Source of the DNA: an uncultured Hyphomicrobiales bacterium
Lineage (GTDB): Bacteria > Pseudomonadota > Alphaproteobacteria > Rhizobiales > Xanthobacteraceae
Direction of reading: 5' to 3'
DNA: 64,000 bases
Assembly (NCBI GenBank): GCA_964479515.1
Contig: CAYZMR010000001.1
Span: 6,498-70,497 of the forward strand
Shown here piece after piece: positions 25,773-35,137 of this stretch. The stretch's first letter is position 1; the number at the start of each line of letters is the position of its first letter. The translations under genes were made by a program, and so were the position numbers. A model generated the notes under the pieces. That model ran no database searches, had not been told where the DNA came from, and saw only the letters and a program-made list of their open reading frames with translations.

Positions 25773-28700
25773 ATGAACGTCTCCTACCCGTTCATCGTAC
25801 GACCCGTCGGCAGCACGCTGCTGGCGGTCGGGCTGCTGCTGGTCGGCATCGTGGCCTATCGCTTCCTGCCGGTGTCGAGCATGCCGAATGTCGAGCTGCC
25901 GACCATCCGCGTATCGGCAAGCCGGCCGGGCGCCGATCCCGCCATCATGGCGGCGACGGTCGCGGCGCCGCTGGAGCGCCAGCTCGGCACGATCGCCGGC
26001 GTGACCGAGATCACCTCGAGCTCGTCGCTCGGCTCGACCACGATCACGGTGCAGTTCGACTTGTCGCGCAGCGTCGACGGCGCCGCGCGCGACGTGCAGG
26101 CCGCGCTCAACGCATCGCTCACGGACCTTCCGGCGGACCTTCCGGCGCTGCCGACATTCCGCAAGGTGAATCCAGCCGCCGCGCCGGTGCTGATCATCGC
26201 GCTCACCTCGAAGACCATCCCGCCGAGCGCGATCTACGACGCCGCCGATACGGTGGTGGCGCAGCGCATTTCCCAGGTCGACGGCGTTGCCGACGTGACG
26301 GTGAGCGGCGCCGAGCAGCCGGCGGTGCGCGTGCGCGTCAATCCCGGCGCGATCGCGGCCGCCGGGATCGCGCTGGAGGATGTGCGCAACGCGATCGCGA
26401 GCAGCAACGCGCAGAGCCCGCTCGGCGTCGTGGACGGGGGCAGCCTCGCCGAGACCATCGGGACGAACGACCAGCTCCGCCAGGCGCCCGACTATCGCAC
26501 GCTGGTCGTGAAATCGGCGAATGGCACGATCGTGCGGCTGTCCGATATCGCGACCGTCGAGCAAGGCACCCGCAACACCCGCTCGGCGGCGTGGTTCAAC
26601 CGCCAGCCGGCGGTGCTGCTGATCATCACCAAGCAAGGCGACGCGAACGTCATCGACACCGTCGACCGCATCAATGCGCTCATCCCCGAGATCAAGCGCT
26701 GGATCCCGGCCGACATCGACATCTCGGTGCTGACCGATCGCACCATCACGATCCGCGCAAGCATTGCCGATATGCAGCTCACGCTGACCGGCACGGTCGC
26801 CATGGTGATGCTGGTGGTGTTCCTGTTCCTGCGCCGCACCGCGCCGACGCTCGCGGCCGGCGTCACGGTGCCGCTGTCGCTTGCCGGCACATGCGCGCTG
26901 ATGTGGGCGGTCGGCTTCTCGATCGACAACCTGTCGCTGATGGCGCTGGCGGTCTCGGTCGGCTTCGTGGTCGACGACGCGATCGTGATGATCGAGAACG
27001 TGTTCCGCAACCTGGAGAAGGGGTTGACGCCGTTCCAGGCCACGCTCGAAGGCGCGCGCCAGATCGGCTTCACCGTCATCTCGATCAGCATCTCGCTGAT
27101 CGCCGCGTTCATCCCGCTCCTGTTCATGGGTGGAATCGTCGGCCGCGCCTTCCGCGAATTCTCGGTCACGCTCGCCTTCGCGATCGTGATCTCGACGGTC
27201 GTGTCGCTCACCGTCACGCCGATGATCTGCGCCCACTACATCCGCAGCGTGCCGAGCGCGACGGCGACGCGCTTCGACCGCGTGGTGGAATGGATCCTCA
27301 CGCGGATGACGCGCGCCTATGGGACGAGCTTGAGCGTGCTCCTGGAACACCGCGTGCTGATGCTGGTGGTGATGGCGGCAACGATCGGGCTCACGGCCGA
27401 TCTCTACATCAAGGCGCCGAAGGGCCTGTTTCCGACCGACGACACCGGGCTGATGTTCACCTCGACGCGCGCGTCTCCGGACATCTCCTATAAGGCGATG
27501 GTGGACCTGTCGATGCAGGCGCTCGACATCATCCTCGCCGACCCGGCGGTATCGGGCGTCGGCTCCTCGGTCGGCGGCACCGGCTTCACGGCGTCAGTCA
27601 ACCAGGGCCGCATGTTCGTCAGCCTCAAGCCGCTCGCCGAGCGCGGCGGAATCTCGACGCAGCGCGTCATCGACCGCCTGCGCCCGAAGCTCGCCAACAT
27701 CCCCGGCATCGAAGTCTACATGTTCCCGGCCGCCGACATCCGCGTCGGCGGACGGCAGGGCCGCTCGCAATACCAGTTCACGCTATGGAGCTCCGATCTC
27801 GACGAGCTGTTGAAATGGGTGCCGCGCGCCGTCGATCGCGTGAAGACCGTTCAGGGCATCGTCGACGTCAGCACCGACCGCGAACAGGGCGGCTTCCAGC
27901 TCAACGTGGTCATCGATCGCGATGCGGCCTCGCGTCTCGGCGTGCGCATCATGGACATCGATTCCGCGCTGTCGGACGCGTTCTCGCAGCGCCAAGTGTC
28001 GACGATCTATACCTCGCGCAACCAGTACCGCGTCATCCTGGAGATCGATCCGCAATTCCAGAAGGATCCGACCGACCTCACGCGCGTGTTCGTTCCCGGC
28101 ACCGGCAACGCGCAGGTCCCGCTGTCGAGCCTCGCACACTACGAACGCTCGATCGCGCCGCTCGTCATCAACCATCAGGGTCAGTTTCCGGCCGTGACGA
28201 TCTCGTTCGGGCTACGCGACGGCGTTTCGCTCGACACGGTCTCGTCCGACGTGGAGCAGGCGATCCGCGAGCTGCGCATGCCGGACGTGATCCAGGCCGA
28301 GTTCGCCGGCGACGCGAAGGCGGCCGCCTCGAGCGCGGGCGCGCAGCCGTTGCTGATCGTCGCAGCGCTCGTCGCGGTCTATCTCGTGCTTGGCGTTCTG
28401 TATGAGAGCCTCGCGCACCCGCTGACCATCATCTCCACGCTGCCCTCGGCGGGGCTCGGCGCGCTCGTGGCGCTGCGGCTGTTCGGCACCGAGCTGACCA
28501 TCATCGCCTTCATCGGCATCATCCTGCTGATCGGTATCGTGAAGAAGAACGGCATCATGCTGGTCGACTTCGCGCTCGACGCCGAGCGCAACCGCGGCCT
28601 GCCGCCGGACCGCGCCATCTATGAAGCCTGCATGGAGCGGTTCCGGCCGATCCTGATGACCACGCTCGCGGCGCTGCTCGGCGCCGTGCCGCTGGTGGTC

Positions 28701-28898
28701 GCGAGCGGCCCCGGCTCGGAGCTGCGCCGGCCGCTCGGCATCACGATCATCGGCGGGCTGCTCGTCTCGCAGATCCTCACGCTCTACACGACGCCGGTGA
28801 TCTACCTGCTGCTCGACAAGCTGCATCGCCGCCTCGGCGGCAAGGGGCCGCAGGTGCTGCTGGAGCCGGAGACCCCGCCGCCCGCGCCGGCGGAGTAA
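25773..28898 (+). CDS. mdtC: RND multidrug efflux permease (MdtC-like)
   Basis: 1041-aa ORF, second tandem RND paralogue (VVDDAIVMIENVFRNLE), 12 nt after mdtB. Confidence 0.9.
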   Translation: MNVSYPFIVRPVGSTLLAVGLLLVGIVAYRFLPVSSMPNVELPTIRVSASRPGADPAIMAATVAAPLERQLGTIAGVTEITSSSSLGSTTITVQFDLSRSVDGAARDVQAALNASLTDLPADLPALPTFRKVNPAAAPVLIIALTSKTIPPSAIYDAADTVVAQRISQVDGVADVTVSGAEQPAVRVRVNPGAIAAAGIALEDVRNAIASSNAQSPLGVVDGGSLAETIGTNDQLRQAPDYRTLVVKSANGTIVRLSDIATVEQGTRNTRSAAWFNRQPAVLLIITKQGDANVIDTVDRINALIPEIKRWIPADIDISVLTDRTITIRASIADMQLTLTGTVAMVMLVVFLFLRRTAPTLAAGVTVPLSLAGTCALMWAVGFSIDNLSLMALAVSVGFVVDDAIVMIENVFRNLEKGLTPFQATLEGARQIGFTVISISISLIAAFIPLLFMGGIVGRAFREFSVTLAFAIVISTVVSLTVTPMICAHYIRSVPSATATRFDRVVEWILTRMTRAYGTSLSVLLEHRVLMLVVMAATIGLTADLYIKAPKGLFPTDDTGLMFTSTRASPDISYKAMVDLSMQALDIILADPAVSGVGSSVGGTGFTASVNQGRMFVSLKPLAERGGISTQRVIDRLRPKLANIPGIEVYMFPAADIRVGGRQGRSQYQFTLWSSDLDELLKWVPRAVDRVKTVQGIVDVSTDREQGGFQLNVVIDRDAASRLGVRIMDIDSALSDAFSQRQVSTIYTSRNQYRVILEIDPQFQKDPTDLTRVFVPGTGNAQVPLSSLAHYERSIAPLVINHQGQFPAVTISFGLRDGVSLDTVSSDVEQAIRELRMPDVIQAEFAGDAKAAASSAGAQPLLIVAALVAVYLVLGVLYESLAHPLTIISTLPSAGLGALVALRLFGTELTIIAFIGIILLIGIVKKNGIMLVDFALDAERNRGLPPDRAIYEACMERFRPILMTTLAALLGAVPLVVASGPGSELRRPLGITIIGGLLVSQILTLYTTPVIYLLLDKLHRRLGGKGPQVLLEPETPPPAPAE

Positions 28899-29077
28899 GG
28901 CTCAGCGACACACGCCGCGGGTCATCCCGGACCCACCGTCCCACTCACAAAAATATTTTTTCCGTTGTGAAATGGATCGTGTTTCGGGACAATGGCGTCT
29001 CTTCCAAGAATGCTTTTTCGGCGCGGCTGACATGTCCGAGAGAGTGCGAAACGCGACAGGCTGGGGAGGACGTTCGA

Positions 29078-30079
29078 ATGCAGGTGCCGCAGACCGACTA
29101 CAAATCGCCGTTCCGTTTCAGCCGCGCGAGCCACAGCGTGTTCACGTCGCGCGACCTGAAGAAATCGGAGGAGTTCTACACCGAGGTGCTCGGGCTCGTT
29201 GTCAGCGATTCCGACAAGGACACGCTCTATCTGCGCGGCCTGGAGGAGCGTTCACATCACAGTCTCGTCGTCAAGCGTACCACCGAGGCGCCGATGTACG
29301 AGCGCGCCGGCCTGCGCGTGTTCGATGAGGACGATCTCGAGCTGTGCAAGCATACATTCGAGCGGCATCAGCTTCCCTGCGCGTGGGTCGAGCGGCCGTT
29401 TCAAGGCCGCACGCTGCACGCGATCGATGTCTGCGGCACACCGCTCGAAATCTGCGCCACGATGGACCGCAAGCCGCGCCTCGACATGGATGTGCCCAAG
29501 CACAAGGGCGCGCAGGCGCGCCGCTTCGACCATTACCAGATCACAATTCCCGACATCGAGAAGGCGACGCGGTTCTACGTCTCGCTCGGATGCCGGGTCG
29601 CCGACTACATCACGGCCGGCGGTCACCCGATCGGCGTCTTCCTGCAGATGAAGGACACGCCCTACGATCTCGTGTTCCTCGAGCGTGACGGCCCGGCCTT
29701 CCATCACTTCGGCTACATCATTCCCGACATCCAGGCGATGCTGCGCGCTTGCGACGCGATGGGCGAGCTCGGCTGGGGCAAAAACGTCGAATACGGCCCC
29801 GGCAAGCACGGAGTCGGCCATTCATACTACGTCTACATTCTCGATCCGGACGGACACCGCTGCGAGCTCTTGCTGCCGCCGATCGTCTACATGGACAGCG
29901 ACGACCCGCCGCATGTCTGGGATGTGCTCTCCACTGAACGTGGCACCGAGGCCTGGGGGCTGCCGCCGCGCGAGTCCTGGTTCTCGCAGCGCTCCGCGTT
30001 CCAGGGCGTCACCGTCACGGCGCCGCCCGGCGGCGGAAGCCCGATGACCCTGGAGAAGTATCTGCAGATCGCAGAGTAA
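29078..30079 (+). CDS. two-domain VOC-superfamily extradiol ring-cleavage dioxygenase-like protein
   Basis: ATG 29078 (SD GGGGAGGA upstream) inside track ORF 28967..30079. H...H...E metal triad context (FDHYQI, FHHFGY, HRCELL). Confidence 0.8.
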   Translation: MQVPQTDYKSPFRFSRASHSVFTSRDLKKSEEFYTEVLGLVVSDSDKDTLYLRGLEERSHHSLVVKRTTEAPMYERAGLRVFDEDDLELCKHTFERHQLPCAWVERPFQGRTLHAIDVCGTPLEICATMDRKPRLDMDVPKHKGAQARRFDHYQITIPDIEKATRFYVSLGCRVADYITAGGHPIGVFLQMKDTPYDLVFLERDGPAFHHFGYIIPDIQAMLRACDAMGELGWGKNVEYGPGKHGVGHSYYVYILDPDGHRCELLLPPIVYMDSDDPPHVWDVLSTERGTEAWGLPPRESWFSQRSAFQGVTVTAPPGGGSPMTLEKYLQIAE

Positions 30080-31117
30080 TCAGCCCAGCTCCTTCCGCAC
30101 GATCGCGGCGCCGTCGGCGAGCGCCTTCAGCTTTCCGAACGCGACCGCGCGCGACATGTACTTCATGCCGCAGTCGGGCGCCGGCACCAGGCGGTCGGGC
30201 GAGACGTATTTCAGTCCGGTGCGGATGCGCGCCGCGACCTGCTCGGCCGTCTCGACGATCTGATCGCCGAGATTGATCACGCCGAGCATGATCTTTTTGC
30301 TCGACATGCCCTTGAGCACGCCGAGATCGATCTGCGGCTGCGCCGCCTCGATCGAGATCTGCTGCGCCTTGCTGTCCGCCAGTTCCTCCAGGAAGAAGTA
30401 GCTCGTCGGCTTGTTCTTCACCAAGAATGCATAGCCGAAGCAGAGATGGATCACGGTCGGCACCGTGATGCCCTCGAGCGCGCGGTTGATCGCCTTGATG
30501 GCGAAGCGCTTGGCGGCGTCGGGGTCGTTGCGCAGCCAAGGCTCGTCGAGTTGGATCACATCGGCGCCCGCGGCCTGCAGCGCGCGCGCCTCCTCGTTGA
30601 CCGCGACCGCGAAGTCCATCGCGAGCTCTTCCTGATCCTTGTAGAACTCGTTCTTGGCCTGCTGCGTCATCGTGAACGGGCCGGGCAGCGTGATCTTCGC
30701 CTTGCGCTCGGTGTTGCGGCGCAGGAACTCCATGTCGCGCACCTCGACCGGCCCGCGCCGCGTGACCTTGCCGACGACGCGCGGCACCAGCGTCTCGGTG
30801 CCGGTGCGGTTCTTGATGGTCGCGGGCTTGTCGTTGTCGATGCCCTCGAGCGCGGTCGCGAAGCGGTTGGAGTAGCTCTCGCGCCGCATCTCGCCGTCGG
30901 TGATGATGTCGATGCCGGCGCGCTCCATGTCGCGGATCGCGAGGATCGTCGCGTCGTCCTGCGCCTGTTCGAGGAATTCGTCGGCGATGCGCCACATCTG
31001 CTTGACGCGCACGCGCGGCACGGTGTGCGAGAGCACGCTGCGGTCGACCAGCCAGTCCGGCTGCGGATAGGAGCCGACGACCGTCGTCGGCAACAATTGA
31101 TCGGGCATGGACGTCAC
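30080..31117 (-). CDS. cobalamin-independent methionine synthase II (MetE C-terminal domain-like) family protein
   Basis: 345-aa ORF starting at GTG 31117 or ATG 31108. LPTTVVGSYPQPDWL, zinc-ligand contexts IHLCFGY and APDCGMKY. Confidence 0.85.
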   Translation of the reverse strand: MTSMPDQLLPTTVVGSYPQPDWLVDRSVLSHTVPRVRVKQMWRIADEFLEQAQDDATILAIRDMERAGIDIITDGEMRRESYSNRFATALEGIDNDKPATIKNRTGTETLVPRVVGKVTRRGPVEVRDMEFLRRNTERKAKITLPGPFTMTQQAKNEFYKDQEELAMDFAVAVNEEARALQAAGADVIQLDEPWLRNDPDAAKRFAIKAINRALEGITVPTVIHLCFGYAFLVKNKPTSYFFLEELADSKAQQISIEAAQPQIDLGVLKGMSSKKIMLGVINLGDQIVETAEQVAARIRTGLKYVSPDRLVPAPDCGMKYMSRAVAFGKLKALADGAAIVRKELG

Positions 31118-31146
31118 CTATCTGTTCTCGTTACGCCATCCTTCTA

Positions 31147-31252
31147 CGTCATCACCGGGCCGGCGCGTAGCGCCGAGTCCCAGTGATCCGGATAGAATGG
31201 ATTCGATCCTGCCCACCTTGTCGGGGTCGCCGGGACAAGCCCGGCGACGACG
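31147..31252. repeat. REP/MITE-like palindromic element, family 1 (inverted relative to 12780-12881)
   Basis: The stretch cgtcatcaccgggccggcgcgtagcgccgagtccc is near-identical to the reverse complement of the 12780-12881 copy. Right arm gtcgccgggacaagcccggcgacgacg. Confidence 0.75.
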
Positions 31253-31262
31253 CAGGGCAATC

Positions 31263-32501
31263 TCACAGCTTGGGCGTCTTCCCCTCGTAGTCGATGACGC
31301 TGCCCACCGGCACATAGGCCTCGCCGTTGAACTGGAACAGCTGCATCGCCTCGATCGGGAATTGATCGCCCGGCCCGGTGTTGAGCTTGATCCCGGGATA
31401 GAGCAGCGAGAGCTCCACGTTTTTCATGTTACGCGTCGCGGCGAGAAACGCCTCGCGCGTCGGTTCCTTCATGCTCTGCAGGACCTTCACCACGCCTTCC
31501 GCGATCGTGTAGCCCATCTGGCCGAGCGTATCGTTCTGGTTGAAGCGCGGCTTGAACTTCTCGTAGTCGGCCAAATAGGCCTTCACGCCGGGGTCGTTGG
31601 CGAAGGCCGGCGAGTCGACCGGCTTCACGAACTGCCCGGTGATCACGCCTTTCGAGTTCTCCAGGCCCGCCGCCTTGAGGTTGATGATCGAGGACGCCGC
31701 ATAGGTGACGAACACCAGCGGCTTCCAGCCGCTCTCGGCGGCAAAGCGAATGGCTTGCGCGGCGGGCTTGCCGGCATTCGCGACCAGAACCACGTCGGCG
31801 CCGGCGGCGCGCAGGTTCGTCATCTGCGTGTCGACGGTCGGATCGGTGTTGGCGTTCGCTTGCGTGGCGACAAGCGCGATCTTGGTGCCCTTGATCGCTT
31901 CCTTGAAGCCGTCGACGAAATTCGTGCCGAAGTCGGTGTTGATGAAGAGGATGCCGACCTTTGCCTCGGGCTTGTGCTCCTGCAGGTAGCGCGCGTAGAT
32001 CGCGGCTTCCGTGGTGAACGACGGCACCATGCCGATGCCCCAGGGATTCTTCACCGGATCGCCGAACTCGTAGATGCCCGAATAGATGAAGATGTTCGGG
32101 ATCTTGCGCTCGGCCAGATACGGCCGGATCGCCTGGTTCTGCGGCGTGCCGACGCTGCCGACGAAGGCGAACACCTTGTTCTGCTCGGCCATGCGGCGCG
32201 CATTGGTGACGGTGCGCGGCGGCTCGTTGGCGTCGTCGCCGATGACGAGCTCGATCTTGCGCGTCTTGCCGTCGGCCATCGTCACGCCGCCGGCCGCGTT
32301 GACGGCGTCGAACTTGAGCTTCTGGCCTTCCGCCACCATGCCGATCATCGCGACCACGCCCGACATCGGCGCCTGCGTACCGAGCCGGATCGTGGTGTCG
32401 GTGATGCCGTCATCTTCCGCCATGGCGGGCGACGCGGCGACGGCGAGCAAGGCCGCGAGCAGAAGCGGCCGGATGACGAAACGTCCGTGATGCCTTCTCA
32501 T
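31263..32501 (-). CDS. ABC transporter substrate-binding protein (LivK / branched-chain amino acid type)
   Basis: 412-aa ORF with signal peptide LLLAALLAVAASPAMA and a type-I periplasmic binding fold pattern. Confidence 0.9.
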   Translation of the reverse strand: MRRHHGRFVIRPLLLAALLAVAASPAMAEDDGITDTTIRLGTQAPMSGVVAMIGMVAEGQKLKFDAVNAAGGVTMADGKTRKIELVIGDDANEPPRTVTNARRMAEQNKVFAFVGSVGTPQNQAIRPYLAERKIPNIFIYSGIYEFGDPVKNPWGIGMVPSFTTEAAIYARYLQEHKPEAKVGILFINTDFGTNFVDGFKEAIKGTKIALVATQANANTDPTVDTQMTNLRAAGADVVLVANAGKPAAQAIRFAAESGWKPLVFVTYAASSIINLKAAGLENSKGVITGQFVKPVDSPAFANDPGVKAYLADYEKFKPRFNQNDTLGQMGYTIAEGVVKVLQSMKEPTREAFLAATRNMKNVELSLLYPGIKLNTGPGDQFPIEAMQLFQFNGEAYVPVGSVIDYEGKTPKL

Positions 32502-33538
32502 GAAGTCCTCCCTTGGGTCTTGATGGGTGCGAGGTCCGCGGCACGGACCTGCGAGCTCTTGCGGCTCGTGTTGGTAAACAGTGTGGGGCGCAGACGCGCG
32601 TAGGCGTCACGCGCGAGCCCGACCACGCCGTCGCGGGCGAGCAGCATCATCACCACGAGCGCCGCGCCATAGATCACGCCGGACAGCGCGAGATTGATGT
32701 CGGATGCCCAATCCGGAACGAAGGTGATGAACAGCGCGCCAATCAGCGCGCCCGCGATGCTGGTGATACCGCCGATGATCGAGCCGACCAGGAAGTTGAA
32801 CGACATCGTCATCTGGAAGGAGTCGGGGCTGACGTAGCCGTTGATCAGCGCGAAGCACCAGCCGCCGAAGCCCGCGAAGGCCGCGCTGGTGGCAAATGCC
32901 GCGAGCCGCACCGCGGTCAGGTTGATCCCGAGCGACTCCGCGATCATGGCGTTGTCGCGCACCGCGCGCAGCGTGCGCCCGGTGTCGCCGCCGATGAGCC
33001 GCCGCGCGATCCACACGCAGATCGCCGCGCTCACGAGACACATCTCATAGAGGAACGTGTCCTGATTGCCCGGAAACCATGAGGGGGGCATCGGCTTCGC
33101 GAAGCTGATGCCGGTTGCGCCCTTGGTGATCCAGTCGAGCTTCAGCGCCAGCGGCGGCACCAGGACCGCAAGGCCGAGCGTCACGAAGGCGAGCGGCAGG
33201 CCTTGCATGCGCAAGGCCGGAATGCCGACCAGGAAGCCGATGAGCGCGGACATCGCGACGGCGATCGGCAGCGTCGCGAGTGGTCCGAGCCCGAACCGCG
33301 TCGCAAAGATCGCCGTCGCATAGGCGCCGACCGCGAAGAACACGCCCTGGGCGACCGAAATCTGGCCGTTGAAGCCCATCAGCAGGTTGAGGCCGAGAAT
33401 GGCGATCGCATAGGTGAGCGCGATCGAGAGCTGGTAGACGAGGAAGCTCGGGAAGAGCAGCGGAACGATCGCCAGCACCGTCGCGACCATGACGAGGGCG
33501 GCGGTCAGAAGCGGGCGCTCATGCGTGCTCGCCATCAT
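32498..33538 (-). CDS. branched-chain amino acid ABC transporter permease (LivM type)
   Basis: 346-aa hydrophobic ORF with 4-nt overlaps on both neighbours. Confidence 0.9.
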   Translation of the reverse strand: MMASTHERPLLTAALVMVATVLAIVPLLFPSFLVYQLSIALTYAIAILGLNLLMGFNGQISVAQGVFFAVGAYATAIFATRFGLGPLATLPIAVAMSALIGFLVGIPALRMQGLPLAFVTLGLAVLVPPLALKLDWITKGATGISFAKPMPPSWFPGNQDTFLYEMCLVSAAICVWIARRLIGGDTGRTLRAVRDNAMIAESLGINLTAVRLAAFATSAAFAGFGGWCFALINGYVSPDSFQMTMSFNFLVGSIIGGITSIAGALIGALFITFVPDWASDINLALSGVIYGAALVVMMLLARDGVVGLARDAYARLRPTLFTNTSRKSSQVRAADLAPIKTQGRTS

Positions 33539-34416
33539 GCGCGCATCACCGCGGTCTTTCCGAACAGCCCCTGCGGCCGCAGCACCAGCACGATCGCCAT
33601 GACGATGAACGGAATGGCGATCTTGAGTTCGGAGCCGATGAAGCCGACGAAGGTCGCGCCGAGGCTTTCGGCGACGCCGACGACAAGCCCTCCGATGATC
33701 GCGCCGACCGGCGAGTCCCAGCCGCCGAGCGTCGCCGCCGCGAGCGCGTAGATCACGACCGGCACCATCATGGGCGGGCTCAGGAACAGCTTCGGCGCGA
33801 TCAGGACGGCCGCGATGAAGCCGAACACTGTCGCGAGCCCCCAGCCGAGCATCAGCATCGTCTCGACCCTTATGCCGACCAGCGGGCTCTTCTCGCGCTC
33901 GGCCGCCGAGGCGCGCATGGCGAGCCCGATGCGCGTGAAGCGGAATACGGCGGCAAGTCCCAGCGCCAGCACGCAGAGCACGCCGAGCACGCCGAGGTTA
34001 GCGGCGCTGAAGCGTATTCCGCCGACCGTCCAGGCCGTGTCGGGGAAGATGCGCGGAAACGCGTAGGCGTCCGAGCCCCAGATCCAGAGGCAGATCGCCT
34101 CGAAGCCGACGAACAGTCCGATGCAGATGACCACGATGGTGTGATCCGGCGCAGTCATCACGGGACGGATCGCCAACCGGAAGACCAGCGCGCCGAGCAC
34201 GAAGCTCAGCGGCGCGACGATGATCAGGCTGAGAACGAACGGGACGCCCCATTCGTGCAGTTGCCAGGCGAGATACGCCGTGAACGTCGCCATCTCGCCC
34301 TGCGCGAAATTGACGACGCGGGTCGCCCGATAGACCAGCACCAGCGCGAGCGCGAGCGAGGCATAGATCGCCCCCGACGCGAGCCCTTCGACGATCTGCT
34401 GGAAGAAGAGCTGCAT
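33535..34416 (-). CDS. branched-chain amino acid ABC transporter permease (LivH type)
   Basis: 293-aa ORF, MQLFFQQIVEGLASGAIYASLALALVLVY, a typical LivH N-terminus. Confidence 0.9.
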   Translation of the reverse strand: MQLFFQQIVEGLASGAIYASLALALVLVYRATRVVNFAQGEMATFTAYLAWQLHEWGVPFVLSLIIVAPLSFVLGALVFRLAIRPVMTAPDHTIVVICIGLFVGFEAICLWIWGSDAYAFPRIFPDTAWTVGGIRFSAANLGVLGVLCVLALGLAAVFRFTRIGLAMRASAAEREKSPLVGIRVETMLMLGWGLATVFGFIAAVLIAPKLFLSPPMMVPVVIYALAAATLGGWDSPVGAIIGGLVVGVAESLGATFVGFIGSELKIAIPFIVMAIVLVLRPQGLFGKTAVMRA

Positions 34417-34417
34417 G

Positions 34418-35137
34418 TCAGGTTCCGAGATACGCGCGCTGGATCAGCGCGTTGTCGCGCAGCTCATCCGCGCGGCCTTCGAGCCTGATCTCGCCGCTTT
34501 CCAGCACATAGGCGCGGTGCGCGATCTTGAGCGTCAGCCGCGCGTTCTGCTCGACCAGCAGGATCGCCATGCCGTGCTCGCGGTTGAGCCGTTCGAGCAG
34601 TGCGAACAGCTCTCGGGTGATCGCGGGCGCAAGGCCGAGCGAAGGCTCGTCGCACATCAGGATGCGCGGGCGCGTCATCAGCGCGCGCGCGATCGCCAGC
34701 ATCTGCTGTTCGCCGCCCGAAAGGCTGCCTGCCGGCTGGCTGCGCCGCTCGGCGAGCCACGGGAAGATCCCGTACCAATAGTCGAGCGCGCTGCGGATCG
34801 TGCGCTTGTCGCGGATCGTGTAGGCACCAAGCGCGAGGTTCTCCTCCACCGTGAAGTCGACGAATGTGCCGCGCCCCTGCGGCACATGTGCGATGCCAAG
34901 GCGCGCGCGGTCGGCCGCGCTCGTGCCGCCGACGTCGTGGCCGTCCAGCTCGATGGCCCCGCGTGCCGCGATCATGCCGGACAGCGCCCGCAGCGTCGTG
35001 GTCTTGCCGGCGCCGTTCGCGCCGAGCAGCGCGACGATCGCGCCCTCCTCGACGCAGAAGTCGATGCCGTGCAGCACCCGGATCGAGCCGTAGCCGGCAT
35101 GCAGCCCACGAACCTGCAAGGTGTTTCGGGGCGTCAT
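34418..35137 (-). CDS. ABC transporter ATP-binding protein (LivF type)
   Basis: ATG 35137 inside track ORF 34418..35830. Walker A GANGAGKTT and signature LSGGEQQ. Confidence 0.9.
   Translation of the reverse strand: MTPRNTLQVRGLHAGYGSIRVLHGIDFCVEEGAIVALLGANGAGKTTTLRALSGMIAARGAIELDGHDVGGTSAADRARLGIAHVPQGRGTFVDFTVEENLALGAYTIRDKRTIRSALDYWYGIFPWLAERRSQPAGSLSGGEQQMLAIARALMTRPRILMCDEPSLGLAPAITRELFALLERLNREHGMAILLVEQNARLTLKIAHRAYVLESGEIRLEGRADELRDNALIQRAYLGT

Noticed and set aside
22071-27350. 1759-aa stop-free ORF on the minus strand spanning mdtA-mdtB-mdtC
   Set aside because: It is antisense to three genes with clear RND/MFP motifs. Its translation is Arg/Asp/His/Gly-rich low complexity with no motifs. 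It is the typical shadow frame of high-GC3 coding DNA.
31118-31262. Possible cobalamin or SAM riboswitch upstream of the MetE-like gene
   Set aside because: The 145-nt leader is almost entirely the family-1 palindromic repeat. I could not recognise a B12-box or SAM-II-like core. A covariance-model scan would be needed to be definitive.
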